From Chiloscyllium plagiosum (taxonomy: Eukaryota), in assembly GCF_004010195.1 (NCBI RefSeq), contig NC_057719.1, forward strand, positions 69,812,401 to 69,876,400: a stretch of DNA of 64,000 bases, written 5' to 3'. The notes beneath the pieces are model-generated. The model was not told where the DNA came from, ran no database searches, and was given only the letters and a program-made list of their open reading frames with translations. Made by a program: the position numbers and the translations under genes. Shown piece after piece: positions 38,044-50,471 of this stretch; within the stretch, counting starts at the first letter, position 1, and every line of letters starts with the position of its first letter.

Positions 38044-40574
38044 CAGCTGCATATAGTATTAATTTGATTTTTTGTTTCCCCCAAATAGCTCGTGGGTATT
38101 GGAGTCAGCTCAACTTTGGGAGATAATCAGATTTGCTTTCAGCTGCATCAATCGGAAGGATGTGACTGAACTGGAAAGAATATGGAAGTGATTTACAAGA
38201 ATGCTTCCAGGGTTATGGTAAATTTCAATTGTAAGAAGAGATTGAAAAAGTTGGACTGTTCTCAAAGGAGAGAAAGCGGCCAAGGGGAGATCAGATGGTT
38301 TTCAAAATCATGAGCAAGCTGGATAGAGAGATAGTTTTTTTTTTAAAATGATAAAGCGGGTTTACTTGTTTCTTACTGGAACAGAAATAATTTAAGTTAA
38401 ATTTGTTGGTGGATGGAAATCTGGCTTTTCTAAATGGACAGACTGTTACATAGCACCTACCTACCTCCTTCTTTCCCCCCCCCAACATTTGCTCTTTATT
38501 TCACTATGTTGAGAGAATAATTCCCACGGTCATAACAGAGAGTAACTTGAATAAAACAGCATTGAGGATCTACAATCCCATTACCACTGCATCATTATGA
38601 TTGCCAGGATAGTAGATGGTGAGCTCGATCAACCTTGGTCTCTTTTGTCTCACAATTCTCATGTTCTCATCACACCAGTTGTTAACTCTTATCAAAGCTC
38701 ATCTCTATTTTAGCATTGCTCAATTGTATTTCATATCACCATATACACTGATGTACATGGAATAAATCAAATTTCAGTTGCTTTGACATTGCTAGTGAAT
38801 CACAGAATAATTGACGGTATCACAACAATAAATATCTAAATTTGGTAGAGTTGAGGACAATGTTTGCAAATGAATATTAATACTGCTACTTAAAACAATT
38901 TTTCACTATGATTCAGAGCTAACAGCACTGCAATTACTCCAGATCCCAGTGAGAGAAAAATCATTCAAAGTCAAGGAAGCTTAAAAACCCATTTTTCTTC
39001 TCCCTCTCTCCCTTTTGTTTTTGGAATTTAATTAAATAACAATCACAATTGCATGGCCTATTTGGAATAATTTCCACATTAGGATGATGTGGTTACTACA
39101 TTATTAGTATTTTGTTTTCTTCATGCATGCCCACTTCCTTCTCAGTGATGTTACTCAGTGCCTTTATACAATGAGTAGCTCAGTCGCATAGAGTAGTGAA
39201 ATAGTTGGGTTCAATCCTCAGTATTGAGGAGTGTTTGCTTCTCACATTGGAAATCCAAGATTGTCACATAATATAGTATTAATTTGATTTTGTTTCCCCC
39301 AAATAGCTCGTGGGTATTGGAGTCAGCTCAACTTTGGGAGCTAATCAGATTTGCTTTCAGTACTGTTGCATCATGCACTCCCTTTAGCTGTTCACACACT
39401 CTGGGGTACATTTTGTTGTGTGGCAAGGGCCTCAACAATGGGCTGGAAAGCAAAAAGTTTGGGAATCCCCTGTTTCAGCTATTTGGTGCAGTCCTTGAAC
39501 AGATTTTTAGGTTCACCTGTTGGCTTATTTGCTTTGGTCAGGGATCTTACTCCCAAAAGCTGCTGGATGTGCATAGGGAGTGGTGGGCACTACTGGGGAT
39601 ATACCTAGTGAGAGGACACAACAATGTACGCTGGCCTTGCAGTTAGGTAAGTGGTGTTTGAGGTCATCTGGGTGGTCCTGGTGAACTACAGAGGAGATAT
39701 TGTGAAGGCAGCAGCTGATGTTACTGTCAGTCAGTGGCTATTACCACCAGGGGACTCTCTATGGGCTACAGATCTCCCAAGTAAGGCAGCCATCTCTGAG
39801 CTTGCAGGGAAGCCACCAGGTTTTTCCAGGAAGTCTGAATTTCAGCAAGGTAGCCCACATAAAACCAACTAATGAGATGAAAATGGCAGGGGAAAGAGGA
39901 CCTAAATTTTCTCTGAAGCTGCGGCAGTGTTCACTGGATAGGAGGTCTATCCTCCACATTCCCTGTAACTGGCTAAATGCCATAGTGGAATTAAGGCAAC
40001 AATATTCCAACCTTTACCTGCCCATTTTCTGCAGCCCACGCACATATTCACATCCCCACATCCTATGCCACCTTAAGTCCTCAATGCAACTGACAGGGTC
40101 TTCTATGTTTTTGCACTTGCTTGCTTCCTCTCATACCTCCTGCTGACTCACTGATCTATCAGGATTGCAAATTAAGCATCTTTAGTTTTCCACAATTGCT
40201 GTGCAGGACAATCTAATTTTATTTTCAGCAGTCAGTCTTGTCTTGCTGAAAATATTCTCCGAACTGAGGTCTTGTGTGGTAGATTCACCCAAGAGACTGA
40301 AACACATGATCTCACCTCAATTTGGACAAGACAGGTGCAAAGTTCCAATAACTGCCATCATATTTTTGGGTGCCATGAGTGCCCTTGATGACATCCATAA
40401 TATGCACACACACACACAGCTAATGTGAGCCTCACCTGATGCCATTTCAGTGAAGGCCTTGGTGTACACGCAGTGAGTGAACATCTGCTAAATGTATGGT
40501 CAGTAGGGCAATTATAATATCAATCAGTAGGCCGTTTGGCAGCTCAGCATTTTGCTAATACGCTCCTTTATGTG

Positions 40575-42060
40575 AAGCATGGGAAAATGATTGGAAGAGA
40601 GATTCTGAGACATAACTCATCATTTAGAAAAACATTGATCAATCAGGCACAGTCCAAAGTAGATTTGTTAAATGAAGGTAGAGTCTGACTAACACGACTA
40701 AGCTTTTTTTGAGGAAGTAGCAAGGTGGATTGATGAAGGAAGTACATTGGATCGGCATGTGTCAATTTTGGAAAGGTCCCATGTGGCAGATGGGTCAGAA
40801 AACTAAAAGCTTACGGAAATTGGGAAATAGGATCCAAAATTGACTGAGCAGCAATAAGCAAAGGGTAATTGTGAATGGGTGTTCTGCTACTTGGCAGGCT
40901 ATATCCAGTAGGAATCCACACCTTGTAGTGCTGGCCCTCTTGCTAATCATGCTATGTATAAGTGGTATAGCCTTAAATGCAAGATCCATGGTTAAGAAGC
41001 TTGTAAATGGTAGAAAAATTGCCATGTTTGATAGGCAAGATGGAAGTGGAAAGATATCAATAAATTTGATAGGATGCATAGAAAAGTAAATGGAGAAGTG
41101 GGAGGTAGTGTATTTGGGGAAAAACAATATGCAAAGGATTATATGGGATATGGAAGAGTGTAAAGGACAGAGACTTTGGAATCTGCATCCATAATGGGAG
41201 CAGTATTGATGATTAAAAATACATAAGACAGCTTCCTTTATTGGCAGAGGCCAAAGTATTAAAAAGAATAAAAAAGGAGCATGTATAAAACACTAGTTAG
41301 ATCATAATTAGAGTGTTGCATACAATTCTGGTCCAGAAATGCCGTGAAGGATGAGAGCATTTACCTTTATTCATCTTGGGAGGGGAGCACCACTGGCTGA
41401 GCCAGCATTTGTCGTCATCCCCAAATACCTTTAGGATGTGATGGTGAGCTGTCTTCCTGAACTTCTGCAGCCCACAAGAGAGGGGAGATCTATGGGGATA
41501 CAGACTTTTAGCCACAAGTGTCGAGAGGTTGTAACTACTTTGCTTGGAACGGAGGAGATTGAGTGGAAATTTAAGTATACGAAGTCCGCAGGTTACGAAC
41601 CAGTTCGGTTTTTCCGCTGATCGTACACGTGTGTGCACACGTCGGAACAGGTACGGGCTAATTAGTTTGCCTGTTCATTAGGACGAAACATTGTATGTAA
41701 CTCAGTTTTTTTTAAATAAGCTTTAAAAAAAAACAAGCTGGAGATCAGTTCGTAAGTATGGGACATTCATAAATCAGGCGTTCGTAACCCGGGGACTTCC
41801 TGTATACAAAATTGAGAGGTAATGATAGATTAGATAGGCTGAACCTATTTAAGTTAGCACAGGTGTCAAAATAGTGCTAGAAAAGGAGGGGAAATTGAGT
41901 AATTCTTTCACCAGAGAAAGAGAGAGAGCGCTGAGAAACTTACTTTTTTGAAGTGTGATGGAGACAGAAACCCTCAACATGAAGCAAAACACTTGCATAT
42001 GCCCTTGAGATACCTTAACTTATTATGGCTATGGATCCAACTGCTAGAAGACAGGATTAG
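40575..42060 (+). mobile_element. Old CR1 fragment interrupted by other repeats
   Basis: Residual RT motifs (QRVIVNGCS, VLGKNN, LECCIQFW). Confidence 0.6.
41577..41804. mobile_element. pogo/Tigger-like MITE
   Basis: Inverted termini GAAGTCCGCAGGTTACGAAC and GTTCGTAACCCGGGGACTTCCTG, flanked by TA. Confidence 0.7.
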
Positions 42061-44689
42061 GTTAAACAACATTTCTGATCACATTCTGTAATGTGAATTG
42101 TAAATGCCGTTTGGATGTCAGAGGATGGTGTTGTGCGAATTTCAACTTTGTACACCCCAGTCCAACACTGGCACCTCCAAATCATCACTGCCATTCAAGC
42201 TGAGAGATGTACAACGGGCAATTGATATGTCCCTCTCCTTTACAACACACTGTGTGGTTATTCTCAGCAGACCAAAGTGCTGCGTCTCTCAGATTCACCA
42301 CTGTCCTACAGGAGGCTCCTATTTCAGAGCAACTTAGCAGTTGACACACATTGAAGAGGGAACAATGCTGGAAGCATCAAATTGATATTTGTCAGGATTC
42401 CTCTCAATCTGCTACCCTGAGTGAGAGGCTTTACTGCACACCAATGAAACCAACTTAACCTTAGCGAGAAAATTATCTAGCATTGCATGGCACTGAATGC
42501 TGCTTTTTCCCCCCTAACAGTCAGGCCTGCAAAATGTACATAAGACCTGTAATATGTTGTGAGGAGACAGTTGGGTGATGGTTAAGACAAGCATTTAGCA
42601 AGCTACAGTCACCAGGCATCAGCTCTGATTTACACAATGAGAATTTGTGCTGCTTAGTTTCTCATGAGGAAGAGAAGAGAATGGGAAGTGGTGTGCAAAT
42701 AAGTTAGTTGTTTTAATGAAATGCAAATACACAGAAAAAAAAAGGTAATCATTTGATGGTGAGATTCTGAAGTTGACATTTAAGGGTTGAATGGAATTTC
42801 ACAGTTTTTCTTCCCCCTCAATGTTGCAATTCTGATTGTTTTCATTCTCTTTTCCCACCCTTTTCACCATGCAATGAGGAAAAATTCCAGTCACCATTTC
42901 TGTTCCATTCTCAGAGGCCTGTTTCAAACACCATGAACAGCTTTAACACTTAAACAGAAACAAAATTTGAAATTATTGGAAAAAACTCAGGTCAGTCAGT
43001 AACTGCAGAGAGAAGTCAGGAGATTTGGGTCCTGGAGGAGGGACACTGGACACAAAACAATAAAACTTTGCTTTCGCTCCACAGATGCTGCCTGACTGGC
43101 TGAGTTCTCCAAACATTTTTAATTTTGTTTCGGATTTCCAGCATCTGCAGTTCTTTGGGATTTTTTATAATGCCAAACAGAAAATTTGTCCATGCAGAGA
43201 GAGAGTCTTGCTTATTTCGCATGGTGTTTTGAACTTTGAAAAAGGAAAGAAGCTGACTCACTATTACTGCAATGGCCCTTCCATTTTCCCTTTGCCCCTT
43301 ATCAGTTTATCCCCATGATGACTGCAGGTCACGTGGGCATTTCTTGTGACATACCATCATCATAATCAGGAAACCAGTGACCCATTTTTCAGAATGTTTC
43401 ACAGTCCACATTATTTTAGTACAATGCTGCTTTCAGAATAAAGTTCAAGCTTTCCAACAATATATTTGTTGTTTTAAAAAAAAAGTGACATCATAGCCAT
43501 TGTTGGCCTAAAATTGATCCTCCCTTAGATGTTCACCCTTGTGGAGTGGCATTTCGTTTAAAATCATACACCTTGGATAATCAGATTCCTTATGAAAGAC
43601 TTATGCCTGAAACATTGACTCTCCTGCTTCTCCAACATTTGTACCATACTATCATAATTAATTATGAAGTTGAAGGCAGAAAATAATGATATTCCATCAT
43701 TAACAAACTTGTTTTGTTTGGGAGGAAAATGTGAAATTAAAAAAGAAAAAAAAAACTTTTATTATGGATTCCCGATTTCAAGTGAACTAGAATGTTCCAC
43801 AGTCTGAGGAAAACGGAAGGGCCATTCACAGAAGCAGTTTCACTCATTTACTCATTACAATTGCTAGGTCATCTTCTGATAATAGGAGAATTGAAGACGA
43901 AAAAAAATCCTCTTCTGGATTGAATTGGTCTGAACATCTGATTAGAGATTGCAATCGAGTGATCACAGGCAAATCCAAAACTGCTGATTGAACAATTACT
44001 ATTGCTCTTTGACATGGGACCTCAGCACAGTTTAAATGTCCTGCTGAGCTGAGAGACTGAGTTAACAAGCAATTGCAAAAATCATTCGAATTTTGTGAGA
44101 ATAAGCTGCACAGCTTTGTTTGGCTAATTCTGGTTCTGTAGCATCTTTAAACCCTTTGGAGTCTCTAAATCTTTGCTCTTGACTAAAATGTGCCTACATC
44201 TCCAGATTTTAAAAAAAAAAGTGAAAGTGCATGGAAATTCTACTCAAATTCCTCTGTAACACAATTTTAGTCAACAGGGTTCTACGAATGGCAGAGGCCA
44301 TGCAAAGAGGTGATGAGGAGTGCATCCCTGCTGACCACTGTAACTCCTCAGAGAGCAGCCAGCTAATATTGGCCAGCAACTCTGTAGTCCCAGAAGCAGT
44401 GGCCAGGGGTCATGCTACAAGTAGCTCCCAGCTAAAATCATAGAGTACAACACCATGGGGATAGGATTTGTTTTCAAAGTATAGAGAGAAGGGGAGAGTC
44501 AAGGACAGGGGATGCCAGAAGTCTTTATGCTGAGGCTGGGAGCAAAGACAGTACTTTCAGAGCTTAAAATAGTCAACGTGGAAATGGCAACCTTGAGTGA
44601 AGCCTCTTTCTGCCTGATGCCAGTGCAAGGTGAAATGTCAATTTTGAGTGACCAATAATTGGCCAGATACTGGTGCATTCTATATTCAA

Positions 44690-45477
44690 ATGCACCAAGA
44701 CCTGGACAATGTCGAGGCTTGGGCTGACAACTAACATTTCCATTGCACAATTGCCAAGCAAGGACTCTCTCCAATAAGAGACAACTCAATTAATTCTGCT
44801 TGACATCATCAAATCCCTTACTCTCAACATCCTGGAGGGTAAGTCTTGGACAGAAACCTAACTGGGCTTGCCACAAAGTGGCTACAAAGGCAGGTCAGAT
44901 GCTATGAATACTGTACTGTAGAGAGTAACTTACCTCCTGACTCCAAAACCCATCTACTGTCTACAAGGCACAAGTCAGGAGTATGACAGAATACTCCTCA
45001 CTTGCCTGGATGGGTGCAGCTCCAACAACATTCATGAAGCATGACATCAACAAGGACAAAGCAGCCCACTTGATTGCTACCAAATCTACAAGCATCCACA
45101 GCCTCCACCACTGATGCTCACTGGCAGTAGAGTGCACTGCAGAAATTCACCAAAGATCCTCACACAGCACCTTGCAAACCAGTCATCACTTCCATCTAGA
45201 AGTTCAAGGAAGCATATACATAGGAACACCACCTGCAAGTTCCCCTCCAAGCCACTCAAGATCATGACTTGGAAATATAATCACCATTCCTTCACTGTCA
45301 CTGGGTCAAAATAATGGTCATGGAATTTCTTCCCCAAGGGAATTGTGGGTCAACCTAGAGCACGTGGACAGCAACAGTTCAAGGAGGTAGCTCATCACCT
45401 TCTCAAGTGCAGCTATAGAAGGGCAATAAATCCTGGCCAACCGAATGACACCCATGTCACACAAATGAATAAAAAAA
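44690..45477 (+). mobile_element. 3' part of a second CR1/L2-group LINE family
   Basis: LNILEG, VYKAQVRSMTEYSSLAWMGA, QGQSSP-like C-terminal ORF2 remnants; tail GGGCAATAAATCCTGGCC...AATGAATAAAAAAA. Confidence 0.75.
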
Positions 45478-46334
45478 GGGAAGGGCCTCAATGCAGAGAG
45501 GCAACCCTTGGCCGCACTTGCCCATGTAGTCAGTGGTGGGGGAGAGGACAGCCTTGATTTTTTTAAAATAAATAAACAGAACACCTAACCTGCCTGTCCA
45601 TTGACCGGAAACCATTAATACTTTTGGGTCAGAAGTTTAAGATGATTATATGAACAAACAAAATACTGTAGTAAAGCTACCATAGACATTGTTATATTTT
45701 TACCTTTAACATCGCAGTAAATTGAAATCAGAAAACAATCTGTGTGAAACAAAAAAAAATTATTTAGCACAGACCAATGGATCTAAAAGGACTTCTAGTT
45801 ACAGAACATTTACCTTTCTTTAATCCTGTTTAAAAGTTCAAAGTCTAATTGAAATCCAATTTTAAATAGTGAAGGGTTTTTTATTGACCTGTTTAGTGTT
45901 AAAATATTTTTCCTGTAAATCTGTTGTATGTGTTTAACACTTCAGCAGATAGACATCATTATTTCAATTCGCTGCACTGTTTTAGAAAAAAAATTATTCT
46001 TCAGGATGCCGGCAAAATGAATTCTCAGTACTCAGAATTCTCCTATAATGGAATGGAATATAAAAACACAAAATGTGGCCCACATTCAGCAATATCAGCT
46101 CAAAAAGGTTTTAAGGTTAATGCACATGGTGAAGGCCAGTCATTGGAAACTCGAGCTGAATTATAAGTGATTCAAACCATCCTAATCCATCATTATAGTG
46201 AAATTCCTCCAGTACCCAGAGCGGTTAACATTAACCTTAACATTATATGGAAAAAAAATGCATGACCATTACAATGAACATCAGTTTCTTTGCATACATC
46301 ATAGGAGCTGTACAGAAGAAAGTTGAATTTTTTA

Positions 46335-46570
46335 AGAATACTTTCCACAACCTCGGAACGTTGAAAGCTCTTTACAGCAGTACAATAGGTGTTTTTTTTT
46401 AAAAATAAGAAAAGGTGCAGTCACTGCTGTAATGTCAGCAAATGCAGCAGATAACTTGCATGGGGAGCATATTCTCAAAGAATAAAAGGTGATCTGTTTT
46501 AGTGGTGTTGATTAAAAGATACATGTTGATCAGGAGAACTCTTTTGATCTTGTTTGAAAAATGCATGGAA
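46335..46570 (-). mobile_element. Deu-domain SINE fragment (SacSINE1/AmnSINE1-like)
   Basis: ACAACCTCGGAACG..GCTCTTTACAGC..GTGCAGTCACTGCTGTAATGT..ATCTGTTTTAGTGGTGTTG resembles the reverse complement of the Deu core as I recall it. Confidence 0.6.
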
Positions 46571-46719
46571 AATGGAGGTGAAACCTCTCCACTGGTTGTG
46601 TATGCAGCGCGAAAGGAAAATAGCTGTCGTTGCTAACCATTTCATCCTCCGGACATTTCCACTGGAGTCTTCCAGACATACATAGTAGGTCCAACTATCT
46701 TCTGCTGCTTCACAGAATC

Positions 46720-47330
46720 TTAGAACAGCAACAACACAGAAAGCAGGCATTTGGCCTAGAAAAAAAAACATGCTAGAAGACATATGCTTGTCCCAGTTCC
46801 TAGCACTGCAAATCAAATCCCCTACAGGTATTGATTATACATTTTATTTGAAAGCCAGGATTGAATCTTCCTCCACCACCCTCAGACAGTACATTCTAGA
46901 TCAAAACCACTTGCGTATAAAAATCCTTTTCCCCATGCTGCCTTTGATTCTTTTGCTATCAGCTGAAATCTGCATCCTGTGTTCTTAACTCTATCATTTG
47001 AAACTGTTTTTTTTTAAAACCCCCTCAGCTCTTCTGTCCAAACAGGACTTTGAACATTCCTGTCAAATTTCCTACGAACTTTCACTTTTCTAAAGAGAGC
47101 AACCCAGTTTCTCCAACTTCTTGCAACTTGAATTCCTCATCCTTGGAACCATTCCAATTTTTTCAACTTTCTAATATCTTCACATCTTGCCTAAAGTTTG
47201 TTATTCAGAATTGACATTTTAACTTCAATTAGAGATGCACTTATTTTATAAATGTTAATTTTGGCAACCTTGCTTTAGTACTATATAACTATTTTTAAAG
47301 CCTAGGATCCTTTTTTTTTAAGCCACTTTC
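46720..47330 (-). mobile_element. Old CR1 3' fragment
   Basis: Same pattern as 26870-27440 (CTCCACCACCCTCAGACAGTACATTCTAGATC). Confidence 0.55.
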
Positions 47331-50159
47331 TCAAATTGTCTGTACAACTTATATACATTCTATATATATTCTTTGCCCTTTGGCCCATGTTGGACCAAAA
47401 TATTAATTGCTTGATTAGACAATACTATCATAACCTCTTAATTACAAACTGGTTGAAGCAGTGTACAAATAAGTTGATAAGAGAAAGAGACACCTTTATC
47501 TCACAAATCCCAGGATCATTTTCTGCCTGATTGGCTCAATCTTCAATATTCTTTCATCAAAATAGACACCTAGGGCATTTTCTCAATTTCCATGCTACAA
47601 GATGGATTGAATGTTTCACCAAAAACAGCATTAGAAATAAATCAAATTAAAAACAAAACTGTGCGTTGATTGGAGCATATTTATGAGGCAAATAGAAGAA
47701 ATTTGCCTTTGTACTAGATAATCTGCAGGATTTGAAGTACATTTAACCATAGTCTTTTGACATTTGGCTTGATTAGAGTCTCAAATTGACTCCAATTCAT
47801 TAGGCAATCGCTGCAGACATAAATCAGGTCTTAAATGAAAAATATGATACTGAATGTAGAAAATCTTCTGCTAGCTAGCTATGAATTTTAAGTACTGTAT
47901 CAGGATCAGATTGATTCAATTAATAGCACTTTGATACTTAAGTATAGGACAGATGGAGCAGAACTTGCTCAGAAAGAATCTAGGGTCATCCTGAGGTGAA
48001 AGGTTCCATTCTGTTCAGATTAGGTAATCGTGCCTTCCTGGTGTTTGGCTAATGTTTCATTTTAAACCAACATCATCAAAAATTATTAACTTCATTCCAG
48101 GCTGTGGAACCTTGGAAAGAGTTGCATTTATGACTAAGAAATGCTGGTCTGCTCTAATTCATTCTTCATGAGCAGCTTTGGAATCTTTTTGGAAGACATT
48201 TGAAAGAGGTGCTATACACACACACACACATTTTTTTTCCTGCAAAAAAAAAAAATAGTATTCTGAAATTTGGAGAATAATTGCATGAAACATAATTGAC
48301 CATCAACATTCTGATCCTTCTTTCTAACCAATAAAATAAGATCTCACAGTGTATCAATGACACTTTGAATCTAGGAAATCTCTAGAAAGCTAAGAAAGTG
48401 GGCAGACAATATCAAAATTGTCAATGCAATATAACTTGTTCACATGGCATTAATAAAAGTTAGCTTAAGTCTGTAAGGACATGAATAAATATGAGAACAT
48501 TTGGAGTTTCAGACCAATTAAAACCAAAAAGATTAAGTAATAAATTGATGGATATACACACCCATATTTTTAAACTTTGTACACCCCAGTCCAACACCAG
48601 CACCTCCAAAATCTTGAAAAACAATGCAAACCAATGTGCAGTAAGCTGTTGTCTTATAACTAATGTCAGAGGCACTATTTGACTTTTTGATTGAATCATT
48701 ATCAGTTTGCACTGATACTTTGAATTTTGAGGCTCAGTCTGAGGGAAAGTACTTGCAAAATATCAAATGGTCACTTCTGCATTTCTGACCTTGCACACAA
48801 CTAAAATTTTATTTGCAAAGTCTGAAATTTTGTGAACAACTTTCAATCCAGAAGTTGTCCTTCTTTGTATACTTTAAAACAATTTCTGTTCAGTTGTTGC
48901 TGACATCTGACAATGCAAACAAAATGTTGTCTGCTTTTATTGTTAGTTATGCATCAATAAAAGACTTTCTGCATTTTATATATTTGAACAATCACTGAAG
49001 AATTGGTGCTAAAGTAAAACTTCTGGTGGTGTTGGGACACCTAGAGTTTATTCACCTGGTTCAGATAAAGAGATGTTGATTCAAGCCATTTCAGTCAGAG
49101 TATATCGATTCATTACAAAATAGGTCAAAGAAAAGTCTTGGATTCATATGTATTTAGACACAAGTCAGTGGATTCAAGACTTCTCATGCTTTGGGGATGC
49201 AAGATAAAGGCAAAAAAGTCTCAATTCAGAAACTGAACTCCCCCAGATTAGCTGACATAACTCCAATCTAGGCATTCTTGGGCTTCCTTAACACTTTGTC
49301 AGGCTGTGACCTCGGATTTATATAATCCTATTATAAAAATGTTTGGAATCCTCTGTTGAGACACAAAAAAAGGTCCCCGAGCTGTTTTACGACAATAACA
49401 ATATCTTAAGAAGCCATAAATCATTGAAGGTTAACATTTAATTCTCAATTGCTGAACAATAAAAAAATTAGCTTTTTTTTGAGCCCATGAGTCTAGGTAC
49501 TTATTACACTAAAAGACCCTATTCTGACACAAAGTCATAAATTAGCACAGAAAGTGCACATTATCGTTTAAAAATAACACCGGGCACTGAGCTTTTTCTT
49601 TGACCTGGTTACCTTGTCAGTATCATCAGAGGAGGCTGAATGTGGCAACCAGTACAGCTGTAGCACACTGGCACCTACTCATAAGAGAGGATTTTATTAT
49701 TTTATGGTTTTGTTTTATTAGCAAAGGGATTGAAGATGTCAATGACAGTGTTAGCAAGTGGTACTTACTAATGAATAACCTGCTCGCTGGTTTTCAGTTT
49801 GCATTCCACGAGGACAACTCCATTTCAAAATCTCACTAAACCCCCAGTCAAAATAAAGATGAACGAGTTGACTTCCAGTGGTGAGGTGAGAATTACTGCC
49901 CTGATGAACAATACAGCATTTCATCAAATATGGCATTAAAGAGGTTTTTGAAAAAAAAAAATAAAGAAGTGAAATAAATGGCAATCAGGAAAAGTGCCAT
50001 GGCTGGAATCATAGCATAAAAGCAGGTTGGTCAGCAAAAGTACACTGCTGCTTCTATAGTGTTCAGTGGCATTCATAACTCCACAAATAATGCAACGGTT
50101 TGTGGCTGCAGGCAGCAAAACCTGGACAATCTGGAGGCTTAGACAAATAAGTGACAAAT

Positions 50160-50471
50160 ATCATAGAATCCCTGCAACGTGAAAACTGGCCAATCGGCCC
50201 AACAAGTCCACACCGTCACTCCGAAGAGGAACCCACACAAACCCATTCCCCCAACTAATGCATCTAACCGACACATCCCTAAACACTATGGGCAATTTAG
50301 CATGGCCAATTCACCTAACCTGTACATCGTTGGACTGTGGGAGGAAACCGAAGCACCCAAAGGGGAGAATGTGCAAACTCTACACAGACACACAGTCATC
50401 AGAGACTGGAATCGAATTCTGGTCCCTGGCACTGAGGCAGCAGTGCTAATAACTGAGCCACCATGCCACCC
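50160..50471 (-). mobile_element. HE1-like V-SINE, full length
   Basis: Head GGGTGGCATGGTGGCTCAGTTATTAGCACTGCTGCC, core, GGGATTCTATGA tail. Confidence 0.88.

Noticed and set aside
43844..44137. ~97-codon open frame on the minus strand as a host exon
   Set aside because: Weak splice signals and no recognisable homology; such lengths can arise by chance in 64 kb
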